Program-made: the position numbers and the translations under genes
From: a virus
Direction: 5' to 3' (one strand)
IMG/VR virus record: IMGVR_UViG_3300025646_005470
DNA: 64,000 nucleotides
Shown here: positions 37,725 to 47,053 of the stretch, one piece after another
Numbering within the stretch: position 1 is the first letter of the stretch
Layout: every line of letters starts with the position of its first letter
The notes under the pieces: generated by a model
Told to the model about the DNA's origin: nothing
What the model saw: the letters and a program-made list of their open reading frames with translations, nothing else
Databases searched by the model: none

Positions 37725-39347
37725 CTAATAATTAGTTGAGAATCTTGTTCCTTGTCTTATAGCATTGCCATTTGAATCTTTTATGATTTTACCACTAGAA
37801 TCTTTTACTACTCCTCCTTTTGGTGGTACATAATTTTTACTATCTGCATTGTATTTGCCAGTTCCTGCTGTTGCACTTTTAAACTTATCACCTAACCCTC
37901 CAAAAAAGTCTGTACTACTTCCGCCTGATTTTCCGCCAGCACTAAAACTTGATACTGCTGATTTTGTAGTACTGTAAACTTCACTAGCAATTTTATCAAT
38001 AGCATCACTAAAAGGTGTTGTACTAATGTTTTGTAAACTTCCGCCATATGCCGCACCTGCTGATGTTACATTGTGTGCAAATGCTTGTGAATTCATTACA
38101 TTTGATCCGCTACCTACTGTTGCTGATCGTTGTTCGTCTGGCATTGCAGTTGTTAATCTTGTCCAGTCAATTTGTGTATTAGATGTTCCGGAACTACCTT
38201 CTGCTGGTGTTGTTGCAGTTATAGGTGTATCTGGCATTGTTAAACTATTTTGAAAATATTCATCAAAATTAATTGATACATCTTTAGCATCGGCCATATC
38301 ATAATTTAATGTTTCATATATAACTGTTTCATATGCAAACTGCATACCAATTTCAATTGGTGCACTTGATTCATAAGTTAATGTATCATGGTCCATTGAT
38401 ATTATTTTAGGATGTACAAATCTAATTAAATTATATTTTCTTCCATGCACTATAAACAAATCTAAACTTTTAATTGGGTAAGTTGTATTACTAATACTTG
38501 ACTCTAAACCAAAACTGTGTTGAGTTAAAAAATCTGATTCAGAAGATAGAGGATTTGTTTGATACAATCCTTTTTTATGTTGTCTATTGCCTCCATACTG
38601 GTCACTTCTATTTCTACCGTCTTTTAAATTTAATTCATACAAGTACTTAAATAGTTTAAGTGCGGCATTATTCATTGTATCATAAAAACGCACACTAATT
38701 GGATCATAATCAATACGTCTATATACATTTCTTTTTCTATTATATTGATTTAATGTATCATATTGAAAATTAACTTTTGGACCATCAATTTGTTTAATAT
38801 TAAAAACTAAAGAACGTTTAAGAGCATCCATTGCCCCTGAACGAGTTCTTTTTAAATCTGCTACTCGTTGACTAAACATTCCTGGAGGTCCTGAACCTAT
38901 ACTTTGTTGGTTTGTAAGTATTTGTTGATCTAATGATTCTATTTGTTCGCTATTAGCAAAAATTGTTTCAAACAAATCTTCACCTGCAAATCTAAATGTT
39001 GCAAGGTATTCAAATTTTTGTCTTGGAACACCAGTCATCAATGCTGTTGGTGACTGCCTTAATGAAAATGTATCTTGAGCTTTTGTTGGACCTTGTATTA
39101 TTGGATCACTTTTATTTGATGATCCTCTTTGAAAACTATTTTCGTTATTGACTTGAGCAATTGCTACTCTATTATAGTCATCTGTGTTCAAACTGTTGAT
39201 TGCTTGTTCGTTTTGTAATCTTAAAGTATTTTCTAAAGCCCCTGCCGCGGCTTGAAGTTCTGCTTCTGTGGAGACCGCAAGTTCAGTGTTCGCTTCAATG
39301 AACTTTGCGATCTCCGGAGTAATTTTGCTTGGGTCGACTGTACTCAT
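37725..39347 (-). CDS. Tail tube-fold baseplate/tube initiator protein (gp48/54-like)
   Basis: RKRNVYRRIDYDPISVRFYDT and DTLTYE resemble the tube fold; follows gp19. Confidence 0.55.
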   Translation of the reverse strand: MSTVDPSKITPEIAKFIEANTELAVSTEAELQAAAGALENTLRLQNEQAINSLNTDDYNRVAIAQVNNENSFQRGSSNKSDPIIQGPTKAQDTFSLRQSPTALMTGVPRQKFEYLATFRFAGEDLFETIFANSEQIESLDQQILTNQQSIGSGPPGMFSQRVADLKRTRSGAMDALKRSLVFNIKQIDGPKVNFQYDTLNQYNRKRNVYRRIDYDPISVRFYDTMNNAALKLFKYLYELNLKDGRNRSDQYGGNRQHKKGLYQTNPLSSESDFLTQHSFGLESSISNTTYPIKSLDLFIVHGRKYNLIRFVHPKIISMDHDTLTYESSAPIEIGMQFAYETVIYETLNYDMADAKDVSINFDEYFQNSLTMPDTPITATTPAEGSSGTSNTQIDWTRLTTAMPDEQRSATVGSGSNVMNSQAFAHNVTSAGAAYGGSLQNISTTPFSDAIDKIASEVYSTTKSAVSSFSAGGKSGGSSTDFFGGLGDKFKSATAGTGKYNADSKNYVPPKGGVVKDSSGKIIKDSNGNAIRQGTRFSTNY

Positions 39348-39371
39348 AAATACTCCCTCCGTATATTAACT

Positions 39372-39974
39372 TTAGTTGATACCTGTTGTGCCACCAAATG
39401 TTAATGGGAAGTTAGGGAATATCTCTCCGCCGCCTGGACCAAAGTGTGTTGCATTGTCATATCTCATTGTCATGATAACTTGTACTGGTTCTGAAACCGC
39501 ATAATCACCATCTGAGTAGTCAACATTCTGTAAGAAACAACCTTCTAAGTTCCACTGTTCTAATTCAGCATCGTTAGTACCATCTAAGATTTCAATCTTT
39601 GTAGTGAATTTGTACTGACCACCACTGATTGGACCAGTTTGTTCAAAGTGGTTTAACTGCTTCTGAACTTGCTGACCTGTTAATCTTGAGATACTGTTAT
39701 TGATGTCATCACGTAGAGTAATTGTTACCGGTTCCCACGTGTGTTTACCCATCAAGTATGCTACTGAGTTATAAACATGTACAGGAACTTCTTCGTGTGT
39801 TACTTTTGGTCTTGTTATGTTCATAACCTGCTGAGTTAAATCAACTGGGTTAGCACCTAAGTTACCAAAACCTGTGAAACGTACTCTAAAACGATATTTA
39901 AGTTTTGGTTGTAAAATACCACCTCTACCTGTAGCACCGTCTATTGGAACGCCAAATTTGTTTAATGTAGCCAT
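39372..39974 (-). CDS. gp19: Tail tube protein
   Basis: GKHTWEPVTITLRDD, WNLEGCF, MRYDNA; follows the sheath gene. Confidence 0.85.
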   Translation of the reverse strand: MATLNKFGVPIDGATGRGGILQPKLKYRFRVRFTGFGNLGANPVDLTQQVMNITRPKVTHEEVPVHVYNSVAYLMGKHTWEPVTITLRDDINNSISRLTGQQVQKQLNHFEQTGPISGGQYKFTTKIEILDGTNDAELEQWNLEGCFLQNVDYSDGDYAVSEPVQVIMTMRYDNATHFGPGGGEIFPNFPLTFGGTTGIN

Positions 39975-40060
39975 TGTAATCTCTCCTTACAAATTAATTT
40001 GTATTACTAGTATTTAGTCAAATATAGGAAAATTTAAGAAAAAGTTTGAACTTAAAGGGT

Positions 40061-40098
40061 AAAAAAAAGGCTACTGCATCTCTACAGTAGCCTTTTTT
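40061..40098. terminator. Bidirectional intrinsic terminator after the sheath gene
   Basis: A8-GGCTACTG-N8-CAGTAGCC-T6. Confidence 0.85.
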
Positions 40099-40113
40099 GG
40101 TGTATTTTAACTA

Positions 40114-43110
40114 TTAACTATAGCTCATATTCTCACCAGTGTTCTTTATTCTGATTGGAATGTAAATAAATTCTGCCGCTTTTGCTGGCTGAATTGCTAC
40201 ATCAATCCATAACTGGTTAGCATCAATACGTGTTGGTGTGTTGTTTGATTCGTCACAAACTACTAAGAAATCGTATAATGCTCTTTTTGATGATAAGTCT
40301 GATAAAAATCTTTCAAATGTATCAGTTACTTGATCTCTTGTCATTCTGTCATTTAATTCAAATAAGAATGGTTTTGCAAGTTGATCAAATTGATATCTTA
40401 AGTAACAAATTAATCTACCTACGTTTACTCTATCAAGTGCTGATGCTACTGAATGTAAAGATTTTTGCCCAAATACTACTAAACCTCTGTTTGGCATGTA
40501 AGCAATTGGGTTAACTTTAGCCGCGTATAGTGTGTCTCTTGAACCTTCGCTTAATACAACTGAATTATATTCACCTGTTGCTGGATCAATATAACCAACT
40601 GATGAAGCATTTGATACTAAGCCTCTTTGATAACCTGCCGGTGCAAACCATTGGAATGCCGCTTGATCATTGTAAGCAATAGTTCTTAATGCTACGTGTG
40701 AAGCAGGAACAACCACGTTGTTACCACTTAAATCAGTTGATAGTGCTGATGGATAGTATACTGCTGAATAAGTATGAGCTGATACTAAACCGTCTTCACC
40801 GTTAGTTGTTGCATTTGCATTATTTGACATCCAACTAGATACTTCTGAAGGAGTTTTTAATCTAAATGGAGCGTCAACAATAATAAATGCAGTTTCTTTT
40901 CTTGCAGTGTTAAGTGCAATCATTTCATCATAAGTTTCAGAGTAACCAGGACATGCAATCAAGTTAAAGAATCTTGATTCAGCTCTGATTTCATCATTTG
41001 CTGTAAACACAGCCTGAAGTGCTGTTACAACAACTTGTCTTTGAGCTTTTCTGCCCATATATGGTGAACCATCTGGTTTGTTACCAGCCGCATTAATCCA
41101 AATTGGACCAATATCAGTACCATTAACAACATATGATGTTTTATATCTTTTTACATTGTATCCAGATAATCTTGTATTGAATAGCAATGTACCTTCTGCA
41201 TAGTTTGCCGGATCTAAGCCATCTTGATCAAAAGATGCGTATGCTGATCCCCAACCTTGATCTGCTGTTGTTGTTCCAGCTGGGTTACCTACACCATCAC
41301 CAAACACAATGCCAGAAGCTGATGATTGATCAGTGTTATCAATTAAAACCCAACTTGATGAAGTTGTATTATATTTGTAAATTTTTGGATATGCTTCTAA
41401 TTCATTTGAATCAATCCAAATGTCACCGTTTTCAAGTGCTGTACCGTCTGACTGTGTAGTTGGCTCTGAAGATACCATTTGCAAGTCTCTTAAACCACTT
41501 GCTTCACCGTTTGGACCTGTGTTAACATTACCTGCTGTGAATGTATCTTTTGAGTTTGCGTATGCTAACCACTTCATAGTACCACCATCGTTTTCAGCAA
41601 TGTATAAATCTGCTGTTAGGTTAGTGTCATACCATAGTGTGCCATCTACCGGATTTGAAGTTGGTGCAGATGCTGACCCTTCATATGATAAATCGCTCCA
41701 AATTGAAGCCATATACCACCCATTTAAACCTGAAGCCATATTATTTGTAAAGCCTAAATTTTCTGTAGTTACACCATCAATTGCTCCAACTGTTGAGGTA
41801 TCTTCAATCCAAATGTTTTTACCATTTGTTCTTTCAAGTTTCAAATACTCTTTTGTACCTGAACTTGCTTCAATTGATGCTTTAACAGTTAATGCCGCCA
41901 AGTTTGCGTCATTGTTAATACCTGCAACGATTTCTGCAAGAGTAACTCTTGTACCAGCCGCGCCTGCTGTTGATATCGTAACATCTTGATTACAAATGTT
42001 TAATTTAATACCTGTAGCAGAACCACCTAATGTATAATCAGCATCTGTACTGTTGAAGTCCTTTGTCCCAGTAGCCGTTGTTGTAGTTGCAGAACCTCTT
42101 ATTTTGATGTTGTACTCTACTTCTGGTGTTGAGTTGTTTGCTGTTTGTTTGTATGTTGCATTATCAATTCTATCATTGTCCCATGCCGCATCATTGTCAT
42201 CATCAAATTGCACGTATAATGAACTTGCCGCAGGTGTTAAGGCTGTGACAGCATTGTCATCATCAGCATACAAAGGTGCTGATTTTGTTGACCATGAAGA
42301 TGTTGATGTTGAATAGTATTTTACTACTACATTAGCACCACCACCTACTGCTGTTGTTTTAACCCAAATAGAACCTGATACTGACGCACTTGGAGCCGAA
42401 CCTGTACCTGGTTGCATGAATACAACTGGTGTACCTGTTTTTGCCGCTACCCACGTGTCAGCACCTACTTGGTACCATAAACCTGAAACTTTTTCCCAAA
42501 GTTTTGCCGGTGTTGCTGAAGCAACCACAACAAAGTCACCATTAGCACCGTAAGATGTTTTTGGTGATTTTTCAGTGTCATTGTTTACGTTTGATGTTGC
42601 TGATGAGCTAGGTGTATCAGTTAATACAGTTGGAGTAACTTTGCTCCATGATGTACCGTCTGCTTGGTATACACCCCAATCAGTTGATGCTGTGTCTAGC
42701 CAGTAAGTACCATTTGCTGGTGCTCCGGCTGGAACAGTTGTTGAGCCTGTAAGTTCTGCTAAATCTACATTAGCACGAACTACGTATGCTCTATTTGAAA
42801 TTCCTAAGTATGAATAAGCGGCTAATAAACCGTATTCATTTCTTTCATCACCTGGTATCATAGTTGACCCAGCTGAATAAAATGTTGGTGTACCGAATGT
42901 TGATAACAGTTCTCTTTGTGAACCAATCAAATACGCTTTACCTACGTTAGCACTTGTAGTACCTACTGCTGTAGCACCTGTAGAACTTGGATCAGCCTTG
43001 TCTTGTGCTGATGCCACTACAAATAGTGGTACTGTACCCTGTGCCGCGCCGGCGTAAAACGATTCATCAGTTACTGTAACTGAAACACCCGGTGAAACTA
43101 AATCTGGCAT
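40114..43110 (-). CDS. gp18: Tail sheath protein with large insertions
   Basis: LVSPGVSV, FNLIACPGY, WFAPAGYQRG, KVNPI, VFGQKS, RVNVGRL, AEFIYIPI. Confidence 0.93.
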   Translation of the reverse strand: MPDLVSPGVSVTVTDESFYAGAAQGTVPLFVVASAQDKADPSSTGATAVGTTSANVGKAYLIGSQRELLSTFGTPTFYSAGSTMIPGDERNEYGLLAAYSYLGISNRAYVVRANVDLAELTGSTTVPAGAPANGTYWLDTASTDWGVYQADGTSWSKVTPTVLTDTPSSSATSNVNNDTEKSPKTSYGANGDFVVVASATPAKLWEKVSGLWYQVGADTWVAAKTGTPVVFMQPGTGSAPSASVSGSIWVKTTAVGGGANVVVKYYSTSTSSWSTKSAPLYADDDNAVTALTPAASSLYVQFDDDNDAAWDNDRIDNATYKQTANNSTPEVEYNIKIRGSATTTTATGTKDFNSTDADYTLGGSATGIKLNICNQDVTISTAGAAGTRVTLAEIVAGINNDANLAALTVKASIEASSGTKEYLKLERTNGKNIWIEDTSTVGAIDGVTTENLGFTNNMASGLNGWYMASIWSDLSYEGSASAPTSNPVDGTLWYDTNLTADLYIAENDGGTMKWLAYANSKDTFTAGNVNTGPNGEASGLRDLQMVSSEPTTQSDGTALENGDIWIDSNELEAYPKIYKYNTTSSSWVLIDNTDQSSASGIVFGDGVGNPAGTTTADQGWGSAYASFDQDGLDPANYAEGTLLFNTRLSGYNVKRYKTSYVVNGTDIGPIWINAAGNKPDGSPYMGRKAQRQVVVTALQAVFTANDEIRAESRFFNLIACPGYSETYDEMIALNTARKETAFIIVDAPFRLKTPSEVSSWMSNNANATTNGEDGLVSAHTYSAVYYPSALSTDLSGNNVVVPASHVALRTIAYNDQAAFQWFAPAGYQRGLVSNASSVGYIDPATGEYNSVVLSEGSRDTLYAAKVNPIAYMPNRGLVVFGQKSLHSVASALDRVNVGRLICYLRYQFDQLAKPFLFELNDRMTRDQVTDTFERFLSDLSSKRALYDFLVVCDESNNTPTRIDANQLWIDVAIQPAKAAEFIYIPIRIKNTGENMSYS

Positions 43111-43239
43111 TGTAATCTCTCCTTCGTAATTGTGGCAACTTCAATGTCGCCATCATATATTATATTTATTAGAAGTCCACTAAAAGAGGGTGGTTTAAGC
43201 ACCATTATTTTCCCCTTTAAAAGGGCAGTAAATACAGTT

Positions 43240-43596
43240 ATGACAGATAATAGACCATTGTGTACGAAATGTAAGTCAAGACCTAGAGCCTTTAATTATA
43301 AAAAAGGTGATAAGACCTATTATCGTAAAATGTGCGATAAATGTATACGTCTAAGCAAAGGCAAAGGTGTTAGTTCTAGTGCTACTTGGCAACAGAGTGG
43401 CTATAAAAAGAAAGCCATATGTGAAAAATGTGGTTTTAAAGCCAGACACCCTGCACAACTAGATGTGTATCACATCGATGGTGATCTACGCAATAGTGCC
43501 ATTAATAATTTAAAAACTATATGTGCTAACTGTCAAAGAGTTATGACAATGGAAGAATTTAAATGGCGTCAAGGTGATCTAATGCCTGATGTTTAA
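43240..43596 (+). CDS. Zn-ribbon plus HNH-like protein
   Basis: Likely start MTDNRPLC (TAAATA-N5-ATG); CEKCGF...HIDGD..N...NL..ICANCQ. Confidence 0.75.
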   Translation: MTDNRPLCTKCKSRPRAFNYKKGDKTYYRKMCDKCIRLSKGKGVSSSATWQQSGYKKKAICEKCGFKARHPAQLDVYHIDGDLRNSAINNLKTICANCQRVMTMEEFKWRQGDLMPDV

Positions 43597-44255
43597 AATG
43601 TTTGTGTAGTTTTTTTATTTTTTGTAACTTTATCAAGTACTTTTACTACACCACTAACTTTGTCTGTAAGTTGCTCTAGTGTACCGTTATTTTCAATTAT
43701 AAAGTCTACTAGTACGCCAGTATGATCCCATTCACTTGCATGTATACCAATATCTGACAATTGCTGTATAGCAAACTCGTCGTCTTGCTGTGCTTGTTTA
43801 GCCAGTTCTGTCCAGTGTGGATCATCACCACGTTTTACTCTAATGGTAAATCCGCCCATTTGTTTGATAAAAGCAAGTTCGTTTCTAAAACGGCAATCTG
43901 TGATAATAGTGGGTTTTTGTCCACTTGCTATGTATCTGTGCTCTAGACTGTCTAGCCAAATTTTAGGATGAAAATGTTCTCTAAACAATTCTGTACCAAC
44001 AATTTGCAGTGCTAGTCTTGGTGTAAAGTTTTTAATACCTAATTTATTTGCCCAATATGGATCAACACATTCTCTAAAATGTCTGCTGTGATCTGTGTCA
44101 CCTTCTAGTGTTTTCCTAGGCCAATTAAATATGTTTGCTGTGGCATCTTTTAATGGTGCCGCAAAAGAATCTTTTTTATACTCATGCTGTGATGACAGTA
44201 TATCTGCTACAGTGTTTTTGCCACTGCCAATCCAACCTACTAATCCAATAATCAA
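43593..44255 (-). CDS. gp1: Deoxynucleoside monophosphate kinase
   Basis: GWIGSGKNT, SFAAPLK, TPRLALQ.VGTE, ITDCRF.NE, HASE. Confidence 0.9.
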   Translation of the reverse strand: MIIGLVGWIGSGKNTVADILSSQHEYKKDSFAAPLKDATANIFNWPRKTLEGDTDHSRHFRECVDPYWANKLGIKNFTPRLALQIVGTELFREHFHPKIWLDSLEHRYIASGQKPTIITDCRFRNELAFIKQMGGFTIRVKRGDDPHWTELAKQAQQDDEFAIQQLSDIGIHASEWDHTGVLVDFIIENNGTLEQLTDKVSGVVKVLDKVTKNKKTTQTF

Positions 44256-44256
44256 T

Positions 44257-44517
44257 TTACCACCTTAATTTTAACTGTGTTGCAATATCTTCGCTGTTAA
44301 CTTTTACAGTTAATTCGTCACAACCAGCATCTTCCCAATGCCAGTCTTTTTCATACTTGTAACCAAGCATACCCATGTAGTTGGCTACTCTGGCCACTGC
44401 ATCCACTTCTCTATAGTTGGCATTAAGAGCACCGCCTTCTACACTGGTTCCGGTTGATTGTCCTATGTATTCATCTCGCTTGGAAATTTTATCTACATCT
44501 AATGTAACTTCAATCAT
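44257..44517 (-). CDS. Hypothetical protein
   Basis: 86-aa ORF with its own promoter. Confidence 0.65.
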   Translation of the reverse strand: MIEVTLDVDKISKRDEYIGQSTGTSVEGGALNANYREVDAVARVANYMGMLGYKYEKDWHWEDAGCDELTVKVNSEDIATQLKLRW

Positions 44518-44523
44518 AGCTAC

Positions 44524-44552
44524 ATATTATACTATAAACTAACTATTGTCAA
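44524..44552 (-). promoter_or_regulatory. sigma70-type promoter (leaderless geometry)
   Basis: TTGACA-N17-TAATAT, 6 nt to ATG. Confidence 0.65.
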
Positions 44553-45399
44553 TCAAAATCAAATTAAAAGTGCTACTGACCAAAGAATTGTTGGTTGTAG
44601 AATATGCTCTTACTTCTATGTCAGTTTTTTCAGTGAATTGTAGTGGAATTTTGTAGTCTTTGCTGTAGGTTGTAGCACTCACTGTGATGATGTCTTTGCT
44701 GTTCCAAGCACCGTTGCCGTCAAACGGTCTAGCCAGTATAAAAGCCACAGCATCTGTGTTCTGTTTGCCTGCACCCACTGTCCACTGTGTCAAATATGCT
44801 GTTTTTCCTGCTGGCACTGTGTACAAACACATAAATGTCTGACCTCTACCTGCCGCACTGGATCCTGTGCCATCAACACCAATCTCAGCCAACACTGTGC
44901 TGGTGCTTTGACTTGTGACACTGATTGTGCCTTCATTAACACCACTAGTGCCTGCTGTGCTTACTCGGGCTCTGAACACTCTGACAAATGTTTCAGTGCC
45001 TGCTGAACCGCCCACTGTGAGTGTTTCTGTTACCACTTCGTATGCAGAATTTAATCCCTGGATCTCAACAGTTCTTGCACCTGTGCCTGTGGCTGAATCT
45101 GTGCCACTGCTACTGGTAATTGCTAGAGTCTCTGGAGATGCGATATAAGAATATATTCCACCGCCATCCCATATGGTTTCTTTGTTTGAATCTACATCCA
45201 CATTCATACCAAACTTTTCAATGTAACCAACACCATCAACTGCACCAGCACTGATATTGATGCTCCAGTCGTAACTAGAACCACTGGTTCTCACAATGGG
45301 TTGGCCTGCTTGATTATAATCTAGAGCTTTGTGTATGTTATATGTGTTAGGTTCATCTGAGTGAACGTAATCAGTTGAGTTTGGATTCTTTATTCCCAT
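44539..45399 (-). CDS. Probable virion structural protein
   Basis: Thr/Ser/Gly-rich beta-type 286 aa; KFG.N.DVD...ETIW. Confidence 0.6.
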   Translation of the reverse strand: MGIKNPNSTDYVHSDEPNTYNIHKALDYNQAGQPIVRTSGSSYDWSINISAGAVDGVGYIEKFGMNVDVDSNKETIWDGGGIYSYIASPETLAITSSSGTDSATGTGARTVEIQGLNSAYEVVTETLTVGGSAGTETFVRVFRARVSTAGTSGVNEGTISVTSQSTSTVLAEIGVDGTGSSAAGRGQTFMCLYTVPAGKTAYLTQWTVGAGKQNTDAVAFILARPFDGNGAWNSKDIITVSATTYSKDYKIPLQFTEKTDIEVRAYSTTNNSLVSSTFNLILIDNS

Positions 45400-45405
45400 T
45401 TTTTA

Positions 45406-46047
45406 TTAAACCTTAATTCCTATAAAAATATGATCTACACGTGATGCTGTCCATGTGTTTGTTGCTGTTGCTCCAAAGCCTGTAGTCAGTGCTGATCTAA
45501 CATTACTGTCAAGAGCACTTGCATCCCACACAGTTAATATCACAATGCTTCCATTAGAAACACTGTTTAGTGCATTGGCTAGTGACGTTACTGCTCCAGG
45601 ATCGCCATAGGTATCATAATTTGCTGTGCTGAGTGTGTTACCATATGTATCTAATACTACCATGTTGTGACCACGAGCGCCAATGTTTAATACTTCAATA
45701 TCATTAACCACTACACGAGCATTTTGATATCCTGGTACATCAAAAGATGATGAATATACATAAATTTTATTACCACTTGCATATTGTGTTGTTTCAATAG
45801 CACTGATTGTGTTGAATTCTTCATATACTGTAAAAGACGATGTTGGTATCCACGGACGGCCACCTACTAACCCTCCTGTATTTGGATTATCAATTACATC
45901 ATTGTCATTGTATTGAGTTGGCAATTGTGTTATATCATATGTTGCTCTAGGATGTCCAGCGGCGGCACGTTTACTTGCGGCTAGATCTAATTTGGATTTT
46001 TGACGCAACTCTTTGGTTGAAAGTGTTGATATACCGTTAGCCGCCAT
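45406..46047 (-). CDS. Phage protein with C-terminal ILEI/PANDER-like (GG lectin) domain
   Basis: RGHNMVVLD...YDTY...L...GSIVILTVWDAS...R.AL...G...W...HIFIG.K. Confidence 0.65.
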   Translation of the reverse strand: MAANGISTLSTKELRQKSKLDLAASKRAAAGHPRATYDITQLPTQYNDNDVIDNPNTGGLVGGRPWIPTSSFTVYEEFNTISAIETTQYASGNKIYVYSSSFDVPGYQNARVVVNDIEVLNIGARGHNMVVLDTYGNTLSTANYDTYGDPGAVTSLANALNSVSNGSIVILTVWDASALDSNVRSALTTGFGATATNTWTASRVDHIFIGIKV

Positions 46048-46051
46048 TGTC

Positions 46052-46801
46052 TTATCCTATTACAAATGATAGTGGATCACCACCATCTACATATTTTTGA
46101 ATTTCGTCTTCAAGTCTTTCCATGGCTGTTTGTGCTTCAGCCTTGAGTGCATCACCATTTAGTGTAACACCACCCTGTGCACCAGGCAAAGAAGCAAATT
46201 TTGAACGTGCTTCTCCCAGCATCATTTTACACTGTGCAAGTGCATAATCTCTTATCCATGTTTTTGCATACGGGTCATCTAGCAGTGTTTCATCTGTTCT
46301 AAGCATATAAACTTGCAATAACAATGTTTCTGCATTTCTTGGGCGTCTAACAATTGTTAGTTTTTTAGTTACTGTATCCCAAGTAAAATTAATTTTGTTA
46401 CCAAACAATCTACCCACAGTTTCTTGATATTGACTGAATGCTTCCCAAGTGGATAATCCGCCAATTCTACCTGCCTGTAAAAAATACAAGTTAGTGTAGG
46501 CAATTTCAAATGGATCAACATCAATACCTGATTGTTGATCAGAGCCCAAAGCACGTCTAAATGTTTCACGCACTTCAATTACTTCTGTTGGTAAAGTATA
46601 CTCGTTTATGTCTTTTTCTAATCGTAAAAATAGTGTTGCTTCTTCATTGGCATTTGATGATCTTGCTCTGAATCTATCAAACGCCATGTCTAAACCTTGA
46701 TTGTAGTGTTTGGGATCAAGTTCAACATCAACCATACCATCACCTAGTAGGTTGCGAATATCCTCAATGATCTTGTCTCTGTTTGATTTATCTTTGGCCA
46801 T
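46052..46801 (-). CDS. gp13: Neck protein
   Basis: LGDGMVDVELD, WIRDYALAQCKMMLGEARSKF..LPG..GGVTLNG. Confidence 0.88.
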   Translation of the reverse strand: MAKDKSNRDKIIEDIRNLLGDGMVDVELDPKHYNQGLDMAFDRFRARSSNANEEATLFLRLEKDINEYTLPTEVIEVRETFRRALGSDQQSGIDVDPFEIAYTNLYFLQAGRIGGLSTWEAFSQYQETVGRLFGNKINFTWDTVTKKLTIVRRPRNAETLLLQVYMLRTDETLLDDPYAKTWIRDYALAQCKMMLGEARSKFASLPGAQGGVTLNGDALKAEAQTAMERLEDEIQKYVDGGDPLSFVIG

Positions 46802-47053
46802 ATTTAAAATCCTATACTTGTATTTATTGTATTAGTGAAATTCAGAACTAGTACTATATGTATCGTTTTTTATTTACGCAGTAGATTCTAGTTTAAATGC
46901 CTATTTAATTGCTTGTAAACCAGGTTTATTTTAGGATCTATTAGAATTTAGAGCAAATATGTATGCTTTTTGTAAATCCAATTTAAAACGCATAACAATA
47001 GGAATCGCACATGGTTTTTAGTTGAATAAATACTTGTATAAAAGGATATAGAC

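Noticed and set aside
43132-43239. N-terminal extension of the HNH ORF given in the track
   Set aside because: It spans the divergent promoter region; TAAATA-N5-ATG supports the start at 43240
46827-47026. ~200-bp AT-rich gap between divergent gp13 and gp14 as a possible ncRNA, origin or small gene
   Set aside because: Only a 20-codon ORF without SD, and no convincing hairpins or iterons; explained by two divergent late promoters
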